Of a DNA stretch of 64,000 nt, positions 25,875 through 33,840 are shown in pieces; the stretch's first letter is position 1; each line of letters starts with the position of its first letter. Source of the DNA: Acidobacteriota bacterium (lineage in GTDB: Bacteria; Acidobacteriota; Vicinamibacteria; Vicinamibacterales; SCN-69-37); NCBI GenBank assembly GCA_044507065.1, contig JBIQJY010000003.1:7592-71591 (forward strand). Direction: 5' to 3'. A program made the translations under genes and the position numbers. Under the pieces are notes generated by a model. The model did no database searches. It was given only the letters and a program-made list of their open reading frames with translations, and was not told where the DNA came from.

Positions 25875-27092
25875 GTGCGTGTGGACGGCGGCGGAACCCG
25901 GCATCTCACCTACTGCACCAACATCCATGCGGCTGATGGCTGGCCGGCCGTCGAGGCCAACGTCCGCCGTTTCGCGCCGGCGCTGAAGCGCCGTTTCGCG
26001 CCCGACGATCCCTTCGGTGTCGGCCTGCGGCTGTCGGCGCGCGACGCCCGCGAACTGCAGGAAGGGTCGCGGCTCGAGGCGTTCAGGACGTTTCTGGACG
26101 CCGAGGGCCTGTATGTGGCCATCATCAACGGCTTTCCGTTTGGCTCGTTTCACGGCTCGGTCGTCAAGGCCGATGTCTACGCGCCGGACTGGCGCGACCC
26201 GGCGCGCCTGGCCTACACGCTCGACCTCTCCCGGATCCTGGCCCGCCTCCTGCCCGACGGCATCGACGGAGGCGTGTCGACGGCGCCGCTTTCGTACAAG
26301 GCGTGGATGCCGGCGACCGATACCGCCGGATGGACGCAGGCGACCGAGAACGTGACCGAGGTCGCCATCGCGCTCGCGCGGCTGCGGCAGGAGCAGGGCA
26401 CGTTCATTCACCTCGACATCGAGCCGGAGCCGGACTGCTGCCTCGAGACCTCGACCGAGACCATCACTTTCTTCGAGCAGTGGCTGCTGCGCCACGGTAC
26501 GCCGCGGCTGGCCCGCGCGCTGGGTGTCGGCGCCGATGAGGCGCGCGATATCCTGCTCGACCACGTCCGCGTGTGTTTCGACTGCTGCCACTTCGCCGTC
26601 GAGCACGAGGATCCGATCGAGGCCCTCGACCGGCTGGCGCGCGCCGGCATCCGCATCGGCCGCATCCAGCTCAGCTCCGCGCTGCGCGCGGACGTGCCGG
26701 CCGAGGCGGACCGTGCCGCCGCGGTGCACGCTCGTCTCCGCCCGTTTGCCGATTCGACCTATCTCCATCAGGTCGTCACGCGCTCGGCCGACGGCCGGCA
26801 CCAGTTCCCCGACCTCGACGTCGCCCTCGCACAGGCCGTGTCCAACGCGGCAGCCGAATGGCGCATTCACTTCCACGTGCCGCTGTTCCTCCGCGAGTAC
26901 GAGGGCCTCGGCTCGACGCAGGACGACGTGCGGCGCGTCATCGAGGCGGCCATGGCGCACCCGATCACCACGCACCTCGAGATCGAGACCTACACGTGGG
27001 ACGTGCTGCCGCCGGGCCTCAAGATCGACCTGCTCGACTCGATCGAGCGGGAGTACAACTGGGTCCTCGGAGTCATGCGGGGCACGCCCTAG
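25875..27092 (+). CDS. eboE: xylose-isomerase-like TIM-barrel protein (EboE-like)
   Basis: N-terminal HLTYCTNIHAADGW signature and about 400 aa. Start inferred as GTG at 25875 or 25881, since the TatD gene ends at 25860. Confidence 0.8.
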   Translation: MRVDGGGTRHLTYCTNIHAADGWPAVEANVRRFAPALKRRFAPDDPFGVGLRLSARDARELQEGSRLEAFRTFLDAEGLYVAIINGFPFGSFHGSVVKADVYAPDWRDPARLAYTLDLSRILARLLPDGIDGGVSTAPLSYKAWMPATDTAGWTQATENVTEVAIALARLRQEQGTFIHLDIEPEPDCCLETSTETITFFEQWLLRHGTPRLARALGVGADEARDILLDHVRVCFDCCHFAVEHEDPIEALDRLARAGIRIGRIQLSSALRADVPAEADRAAAVHARLRPFADSTYLHQVVTRSADGRHQFPDLDVALAQAVSNAAAEWRIHFHVPLFLREYEGLGSTQDDVRRVIEAAMAHPITTHLEIETYTWDVLPPGLKIDLLDSIEREYNWVLGVMRGTP

Positions 27093-27104
27093 CCCTGCAG
27101 CGAT

Positions 27105-28478
27105 ATGCAGAAGACGGTCGTCATCAATGTCGTCGGCCTGACCCGGTCGCTCATCGGCCCGGCCATGCCGCGGCTCGCGCGCTGGATGCGCGAGGGACGG
27201 GCCGCGGCGATCGTGCCGGCATTTCCGGCCGTGACATGCACCGCCCAGTCCGACTACCTGACGGGCCAGTATCCATCGACGCATGGCATCGTCGCCAACG
27301 GCTGGTACTCGCGGGAGGACTGCGAAGTCCGATTCTGGAAGCAGGCCAATCCGCTGGTGCAGGCGCCGAAGATCTGGAACCTCGCGCGCGCGATCGACTC
27401 GAGCTTCACGTGCGCGAACATGTTCTGGTGGTTCAACATGTACTCGGGCGTCGACTACGCGGTCACACCCCGGCCCATGTATCCCGCAGACGGCCGCAAG
27501 CTGCCGGACGTCCACTCGCACCCGGCCAGCCTGCGCGACACGCTCCAGGAGACGCTCGGACAGTTTCCACTCTTCGAGTTCTGGGGGCCACGCGCATCGA
27601 TCCGCTGCTCGGAGTGGATTGCCGCCGCGTCCAGGCACGTCGAACAGGCCTACTCGCCCACGCTCACGCTCGTCTATCTCCCGCACCTCGACTACGGCCT
27701 GCAGCAGCACGGCCCGTCGAGCCCGCTCATCGAGGGCGACCTCAGGGCAATCGATCGGGTGGCCGGCGACCTCATCGAGTTCTACGAGGCCCGCGGCGCC
27801 CGCGTGATCGTGCTGTCCGAGTACGGCATCACGGACGTGGACACGCCGGTCCACATCAACCGCGCCCTGCGCCAGCACGGCCTGCTTGCCGTGCGCGACG
27901 AACAGGGCCGGGAACTGCTCGATGCCGGCGCCAGCGCCGCGTTTGCCGTGGCCGACCACCAGGTGGCCCACGTGTACGTCAACGACCGCTCGCGGCTGAA
28001 CGACGTGCAGGACCTTCTGCGCCGTCTGCCCGGTGTCGACGAGGTCCTCGATCGCCACGACCAGGCGCGCCTGCACATCGACCACGCCCGCTCGGGTGAT
28101 TTCGTGGCCATCAGCGCCGCGAATGCCTGGTTCACCTACTACTACTGGCTCGATGACGCCCGGGCGCCCGACTTCGCGCGTACGGTGGACATCCACCGCA
28201 AGCCCGGCTACGACCCCGTGGAGCTGTTCGTCGATCCGGCCATCCGGATGCCCTCGCTCTACGTCGGCTGGCGGCTGCTGAAGCGCAGGCTCGGCATGCG
28301 CGCACTGCTCGACATCACGCCGCTCGACGCCTCGCTCGTCAAGGGTTCACACGGACGCACCGGTCCCGCCGGCGACGACGGCCCGCTCTGCATCAGCCGC
28401 CGCGCGGATCTCTTCAGCGGCGACTCGATGCCATCGGTGGGCGTGCACGAACTCATCCTGCGCCACCTGACCTCGTGA
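27105..28478 (+). CDS. eboF: alkaline-phosphatase superfamily nucleotide pyrophosphatase/phosphodiesterase (EboF-like)
   Basis: 457 aa. Has PAVTCTAQSDYLTG (nucleophile Thr region), LPHLDY and VADHQVAHVY. Confidence 0.85.
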   Translation: MQKTVVINVVGLTRSLIGPAMPRLARWMREGRAAAIVPAFPAVTCTAQSDYLTGQYPSTHGIVANGWYSREDCEVRFWKQANPLVQAPKIWNLARAIDSSFTCANMFWWFNMYSGVDYAVTPRPMYPADGRKLPDVHSHPASLRDTLQETLGQFPLFEFWGPRASIRCSEWIAAASRHVEQAYSPTLTLVYLPHLDYGLQQHGPSSPLIEGDLRAIDRVAGDLIEFYEARGARVIVLSEYGITDVDTPVHINRALRQHGLLAVRDEQGRELLDAGASAAFAVADHQVAHVYVNDRSRLNDVQDLLRRLPGVDEVLDRHDQARLHIDHARSGDFVAISAANAWFTYYYWLDDARAPDFARTVDIHRKPGYDPVELFVDPAIRMPSLYVGWRLLKRRLGMRALLDITPLDASLVKGSHGRTGPAGDDGPLCISRRADLFSGDSMPSVGVHELILRHLTS

Positions 28479-28499
28479 CACCGCACGCTCGAGGCGCCA

Positions 28500-28970
28500 A
28501 TGCCACACACAACCGCGGAGCTCGAACGACTGGCACGAGCCGCTGACTGGGCGGGCGTGCTCGCGTGCGTCGTGGAACGGCTCGGGGCCGACAGCGGGAC
28601 GCTTCACATCATCGAGGCAGACAATCTGCTTCACCTGGTCGCCAGCACGGGCATCCCTCCCGGTGTGGTCGAACTCGTCCGTCTCGTGCCGATTGGCAAG
28701 GGTATGGCGGGACTGGCCGTTGAACGCCGAGCCCTGGTCGACGCCTGCAACATCCAGACGGACACGAGCGGCGACGTGCGGCCCGGCGCACGTGCGACCG
28801 GGCTGCAGGGCTCGATTGTCGTGCCGCTGATGCACGGCGCCGAGGCACTCGGCGCACTTGGTGTCGCCAACCGCGCCGAACGGACGTTCAGCGCCGACGA
28901 GCAGCAGGACCTACTCGACCTGGGACGACGTATCGCCGCGCTGATCGCGGCCGGTCCGCGATCGGCCTGA
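28500..28970 (+). CDS. stand-alone GAF domain protein
   Basis: 156 aa: VPIGKGMAGLAVERRALV...GSIVVPLMHG...LGVANR. Confidence 0.75.
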   Translation: MPHTTAELERLARAADWAGVLACVVERLGADSGTLHIIEADNLLHLVASTGIPPGVVELVRLVPIGKGMAGLAVERRALVDACNIQTDTSGDVRPGARATGLQGSIVVPLMHGAEALGALGVANRAERTFSADEQQDLLDLGRRIAALIAAGPRSA

Positions 28971-29576
28971 CCACAGCCGGGACACCAGCCACGCCAGTCC
29001 GGGAAACGCCAACGCCCCGAGGAAGGCGAGCAGGAACGAGTTGACGCTCATCGACCAGGCGCCAATCGACGCGTAGACAACGGCAATGCCGAGATTCGCC
29101 CACAGGCACACGGCGAAGTAGCGCCCGGGCGATACGCGAATCATCCCGGCAAGCAGCACACTCGCCTCCGCCAGGACGGGTACGGGCCGGCAGAGTGCAA
29201 TGGCCGCCAGTCCGTAGCGCTCGGCCACCTCCCCCGCACGCGCGAGCCCTTCGGCGCCCACCAGCCGCCCGGCCAGGCGCGACGATCGCGAGCCGACGAG
29301 GTAGGCGATGCCGCAGGAGATCGTCATGCCAATCCAGATCACCGCGGCGCCGCGCCAGAATCCAAGCAGGACGCCGGCAGCCGCCGACACGATGCTCGAT
29401 GGCACGGGCAGGAACACGTCGAGTGCGAGCAGGCCGCCGATGATGGCCGACGCCGCAGGAACCGACACCTGACCGGTGACGGCGCGGTCGGCCAGATCGG
29501 TGAAGTACCCTTCGAACAGGAAGAACGGGACGAGAATGACCGCGACCACCGCGATCGTCAGCCACAGCCATCGCAT
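28911..29576 (-). CDS. TVP38/TMEM64 (DedA-superfamily) membrane protein
   Basis: 221 aa, multi-TM, with LALDVFLPVPSSIVSAAAG and LCRPVPVLAEA motifs. Its 3' end overlaps the GAF gene by 60 nt. Confidence 0.75.
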   Translation of the reverse strand: MRWLWLTIAVVAVILVPFFLFEGYFTDLADRAVTGQVSVPAASAIIGGLLALDVFLPVPSSIVSAAAGVLLGFWRGAAVIWIGMTISCGIAYLVGSRSSRLAGRLVGAEGLARAGEVAERYGLAAIALCRPVPVLAEASVLLAGMIRVSPGRYFAVCLWANLGIAVVYASIGAWSMSVNSFLLAFLGALAFPGLAWLVSRLWSGRSRTGRDQRGDTSSQVE

Positions 29577-29782
29577 GCCTTCAGCCTAGCAAGGAAGCCG
29601 GGCGCGTCGCGAACCGGCCACCGTGCAACGTCTCCAGACAGCGGGCGAAAACTGCCGCACCGGAAACGCGCCCGAGTCGGATACGCTCGGGTGATGCCCG
29701 CGCAGTCCGGCCAGCCGCCTCGGCGTCCGTCTTGCAACCTTCGGCAGGTGCCCGACCGCCCCGCGCCGTTCCCGCAGCCCGC

Positions 29783-31639
29783 ATGACCGACACGTTCCCA
29801 CGCCTGACACGAAGCCGCCGCTGGATCTGCGGCATCCTGTTCACCTTGGCCGCCCTCGCCGCGGTCGTGGCCGTGGCGACGCTCCTCAACGGGTCGCTGC
29901 GCTGGGATGCCGCCGGCGTCCGATTCACGAATCACTCGGTGGCCAGGCCCGCGCTGGCGGGCGTCGTGGCGCTGGTTGCGGCGGCGACCGTCTGCGGATG
30001 GCGCAGGACGGTGACCACCGTCCTCACGACGCGGCCGCGCACGTTTGCCGTCCTCCTGGCGGTAGCCACGCTCGCCGTCGGCGTGGTTTACGCGGGGACG
30101 TCAGCCAGTGGGTCGGATGCCTACGGCTACGTCGAACAGGCCGACCGCTGGCTCGAGCGCGACCTCACGATCGACCAGTCGTGGGCAGCGCCGGCGCCCT
30201 GGCCGATGGCCCGCTGGACCTTCGCACCCATCGGGACGCGACCGAGCCCGGTCGAGCCCTGGCTCGTCTCGCCCATGTATCCGCCGGGCCTGCCCATGAT
30301 GATGGCTGTGGGCAAGCTCGTGGGAGGCGAAGAAGGAGCCTTCTGGATCGTGCCGATTACCGGCGCCATCCTGATCCTCGCCACGTTCGGCATCGGCCGG
30401 AAGCTCGCCACACCGTGGGCCGGACTCATCGGCGCCTGGCTGGTGGCCACGAGCCCGGCTGTGCTGTTCATGCTCGTCGGCGCGATGAGCGACGTCCCGG
30501 CGGCCGCCGCGTGTGCGGTCGCGTTCTACTTCGTTCTCGATCGACGGCCACGCGCCGCGCTCGCGGCCGGACTGGCGGCCGGTCTCGCCGTGGCCATTCG
30601 CCCGAACCTGGCACCGTGCCTGGCACTCTTCGGCCTGTGGTACCTCGTGCCCTTCGTCCGGCCCGGTGAGAGCGACCGCCGATCGGCCTTCATCCAGGGC
30701 GTCATCTTCACCGCGGGCCTGGCGGCCGGCGCGGTGGTGATCCTCGCGTTCCACGACGCCGTCACCGGCTCGCCGTTCGTCTCGACCTACGGATCGATGT
30801 CCGGGGCCTTCGCCCTCGATCACTTCTGGCCAAACCTCACGCGATACGTGGCGCGGCTCGTCGACTCGCAGACGCCCGTGGTCGTTGCCGGCGTTGCCGC
30901 GCTCGCCCTGCCACTGCGTCGACTGTGGCCGGCCGCCACCGATCGGCTCGCCTTCATCGTCATCGGCCTGTTCGTCGTGGCGATGTGGGTGATGTACAGC
31001 CTCTACATCGTCTTCGACGAGTGGTGGTACCTGCGATTCCTGCTGCCCACCTGGCCGTTCCTGATGCTCGGGGTGGGGACCGTGTTCGCGGCCATCGCCC
31101 GCCGCGGGCGGACGGCGGCGGCGGCGGTCACCGTGGCCGTGCTCGTCCTCGGCGTCCACCAGGTGGCCATTGCCGAGGGGCGCTTCGTCTTCGACCTCTG
31201 GAAGAACGAGCGGCGGTACGTCACCGTGGCGCGGGAGGTCCGCCGGATGACCGATCGCACCAGCGCCATTTTCTCCATGCAGCACAGCAGCAGCATCCGG
31301 TACTACGGCGGACGCGTGTCGATTCGGTACGACGCCATGGAACCGCCGTGGATCGACCGGTCCGTCGACTGGCTGGCCACGCGCGGCATCCGGTCCTACC
31401 TGCTCGTCGACGACTGGGAGATTCCGTGGCTGCGCGAGCGATTTCCCGGCCGGCGCATCATCGAACGGCTCGACGAGCCGCCGTTGCTGCATTACCAGGG
31501 CACCTCGCAGGTCTATCTCTTCGATCTGACGGGTCCACGCGATCCGACGGTCCCCACCGTCGACGTCGTCGACACCTACGAGAACACGCGGAGCGTCGAG
31601 CCGGTAAGCACGCCCGCGCTCGACCTCGCCCCGGACTGA
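29783..31639 (+). CDS. polytopic GT-C-type glycosyltransferase-like protein (ArnT/PMT-like)
   Basis: ATG 29783. Ten or more TM helices, then a roughly 150-aa C-terminal soluble domain. The first loop carries an acidic SDAYGYVEQAD motif. Family assignment rests on topology and motif only. Confidence 0.6.
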   Translation: MTDTFPRLTRSRRWICGILFTLAALAAVVAVATLLNGSLRWDAAGVRFTNHSVARPALAGVVALVAAATVCGWRRTVTTVLTTRPRTFAVLLAVATLAVGVVYAGTSASGSDAYGYVEQADRWLERDLTIDQSWAAPAPWPMARWTFAPIGTRPSPVEPWLVSPMYPPGLPMMMAVGKLVGGEEGAFWIVPITGAILILATFGIGRKLATPWAGLIGAWLVATSPAVLFMLVGAMSDVPAAAACAVAFYFVLDRRPRAALAAGLAAGLAVAIRPNLAPCLALFGLWYLVPFVRPGESDRRSAFIQGVIFTAGLAAGAVVILAFHDAVTGSPFVSTYGSMSGAFALDHFWPNLTRYVARLVDSQTPVVVAGVAALALPLRRLWPAATDRLAFIVIGLFVVAMWVMYSLYIVFDEWWYLRFLLPTWPFLMLGVGTVFAAIARRGRTAAAAVTVAVLVLGVHQVAIAEGRFVFDLWKNERRYVTVAREVRRMTDRTSAIFSMQHSSSIRYYGGRVSIRYDAMEPPWIDRSVDWLATRGIRSYLLVDDWEIPWLRERFPGRRIIERLDEPPLLHYQGTSQVYLFDLTGPRDPTVPTVDVVDTYENTRSVEPVSTPALDLAPD

Positions 31640-31721
31640 GCGTGCGGACGCAGGCGGTCGACCCGGCGTGCCTCTGCGCGTGACCACGCGTGACACACGC
31701 TCGGTTTACACTGACTGCTCG

Positions 31722-32519
31722 ATGCCGGTTGCTCTCCGCACGCCCACGCTTCGTCCGCCGCTCAAGTGGGCCGGAGGCAAGCGGTGGCAGGTTCCCCACC
31801 TGCGGCCGTTGTGGGCGCCGCACGCGCGCCGGCGCCTGGTCGAGCCCTTCTGCGGGGGCCTGGCCGTGGCGCTGGGCCTGGCGCCATCGCGCGCGCTGCT
31901 CAACGACGCGAATCCGCACCTCATCAACTTCTACCGCTGGCTGCAGCGCGGCCTGCCCATCAGCGTCGCCATGACGAACAGCGAGACGCTGTACTACCGG
32001 CATCGCGAGCGTTTCAACGCGCTGCTGGCGTCGGGCGCCGCCGATTCGGCGGAGGCCGCGCAACTGTTCTATTACCTGAACCGCACCGGGTACAACGGAC
32101 TCTGCCGCTTCAACAACCGCGGCGTGTTCAACGTGCCATTCGGCCGCTATGCCACGATTGGCTACGTCCCGGATTTCGAGGCCTATCGCGAGGCGTTCGC
32201 GGACTGGACGTTCACGGTGGGCGACATCGAAGCCGTCCCGCTCGAACGGGGCGACTTCGTGTACGCGGATCCCCCCTACGACGTCGAGTTCACGCACTAC
32301 TCGAAGGGCGGGTTTTCGTGGGAAGATCAGGCGCGCACGGCTCGATGGCTGGCGAAACATCGCGGGCCGGTGGTGCTCGTCAACCAGGCCACCGAACGGG
32401 TCGAGGACCTGTACCGCACGCTCGGCTACGACGTACGGTTCCTCGACGCACCGCGACGCATCAGCTGCACTGGCGACCGGACACCGGCGCGCGAAATCCT
32501 GGGTACCCGCAACCTGTGA
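31722..32519 (+). CDS. Dam-family N6-adenine DNA methyltransferase
   Basis: Motif I EPFCGGLAV, YYLNRTGYNGLCRFN, and motif IV DPPY (FVYADPPYD). Confidence 0.9.
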   Translation: MPVALRTPTLRPPLKWAGGKRWQVPHLRPLWAPHARRRLVEPFCGGLAVALGLAPSRALLNDANPHLINFYRWLQRGLPISVAMTNSETLYYRHRERFNALLASGAADSAEAAQLFYYLNRTGYNGLCRFNNRGVFNVPFGRYATIGYVPDFEAYREAFADWTFTVGDIEAVPLERGDFVYADPPYDVEFTHYSKGGFSWEDQARTARWLAKHRGPVVLVNQATERVEDLYRTLGYDVRFLDAPRRISCTGDRTPAREILGTRNL

Positions 32520-32932
32520 TCAGACGCAACACCAACACCGGCGCCGTACTGGAGGCGATGGTCGTCCCCGCACTCGAGCGCGGTGGCTACGCCTGCCAGT
32601 CGCAGACGATTGTCGGCACGCGGTGCGGCGGTGGCGTGCACAAGGTCGACGCCATCGCCAGCCGCGACGGCCAGCGCACGCTCGTCTCGCTCAAGTGGCA
32701 GCAGACGGGCGGCACGGCCGAACAGAAGGTGCCGTTCGAGGTCATGTGCCTGGCCGACGCCGTGCAGGCCGGCCACGCCGACCGCGCGTATCTCGTGCTG
32801 GGCGGCGACGGGTGGTCGCTGCGCGACTACTACACGTCCGGCGCCCTCTCGCGACACCTCGTGCATGCGTCGCTCGTCCGGGTCGTCACGCTCGAAGCGT
32901 TCGTACGGCTCGCCAACAACGGACAGATCTGA
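32516..32932 (+). CDS. putative small PD-(D/E)XK-like restriction endonuclease partnered with the methylase
   Basis: GTG 32516 overlaps the methylase TGA (GTGA). 138 aa. Candidate nuclease core is an early E in a helix (AVLEAMVVPALE) followed by KVDAIA...LVSLKWQQ. The functional call is inferred. Confidence 0.4.
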   Translation: MIRRNTNTGAVLEAMVVPALERGGYACQSQTIVGTRCGGGVHKVDAIASRDGQRTLVSLKWQQTGGTAEQKVPFEVMCLADAVQAGHADRAYLVLGGDGWSLRDYYTSGALSRHLVHASLVRVVTLEAFVRLANNGQI

Positions 32933-33840
32933 TGACCGTGGCACGCCGCCATCCGGGACTCTGGCTCCGGCTCCACACGCTGACCGCGTGGACGCTCGCC
33001 TGCTGGCTGGCCGGTGCGGGGCTGGCCTTTGCCGACGAGCCGCCCGGCACCGCGTGGCACGCGCTGCGCGCCGCGACGCTCCAGGCACTGACTGGCCTCG
33101 CCCGGACGTCGCTGTGCCCGCCGGCCACACGCGAGACACCGCCCACGTCGGAGTGCGCCGCGGCGTATGGCGATGCGACGACGCCATCCGCCAGGCCGAA
33201 CATCATCGTGGTCGGGTTCACGGGCGGGCTGGAGGGCAGCGAGAGCCGCGTGTCTGGCGTCGTGCGGATGCGGAAGCGTATCGAGGATTCGGCCGACCTC
33301 TACCCCGGCGTGTCGGCCCTCACCTACAACAACCGCGACTGGCGCGCGGCCGTCGGCGAGGTCCTCTCGCTCGTTGGCGGGCGGGACGATGCCGCTGCCA
33401 AAGCCGCCGATCTCGTACCCGCGCCACTCATCATCGTGTACGGGCACAGCTGGGGCGGCGGCGCTGTGTCGAAATTCGCCCGGGCGCTGCGCGACGAACG
33501 GCTCGACGTGTCGCTTGCCGTCTACATCGACGCGTTTTCGTGGCGCAACCCGCGGGTCCCCGACAACGTCCGCTATGCGGTGAATTTCTACCAGCGCACC
33601 GGGATTCTGCGAGGCTTCCCGCTCCGCGGGAAGAGCAAGCTCGTCCTCGAGTCACCCGAATCGACGGTGCTGCTCGGCAACCTGCGCATCAAACCCGATA
33701 CCGAACACTTCGGTTGGCACTGGAACATCGTCCAGCCGCTGCTCTACCGCCACCACCATCGGATGGGGCACGACGTCAGGCTGCAGCAGTACCTGCTCGA
33801 CCTGGTCGCACTGCACGCGACGAACGAACACGCCGACTGA
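32932..33840 (+). CDS. secreted alpha/beta-hydrolase-like protein
   Basis: ATG 32932 shares one base with the upstream stop. Signal peptide LTAWTLACWLAGAGLAFA and nucleophile elbow GHSWG. Confidence 0.6.
   Translation: MTVARRHPGLWLRLHTLTAWTLACWLAGAGLAFADEPPGTAWHALRAATLQALTGLARTSLCPPATRETPPTSECAAAYGDATTPSARPNIIVVGFTGGLEGSESRVSGVVRMRKRIEDSADLYPGVSALTYNNRDWRAAVGEVLSLVGGRDDAAAKAADLVPAPLIIVYGHSWGGGAVSKFARALRDERLDVSLAVYIDAFSWRNPRVPDNVRYAVNFYQRTGILRGFPLRGKSKLVLESPESTVLLGNLRIKPDTEHFGWHWNIVQPLLYRHHHRMGHDVRLQQYLLDLVALHATNEHAD

Noticed and set aside
31668-33840. Possibility that the methylase/endonuclease/hydrolase block is a mobile genomic island
   Set aside because: No integrase, transposase, tRNA attachment site or flanking direct/inverted repeats were seen, and there is no obvious change in base composition or codon style by eye.
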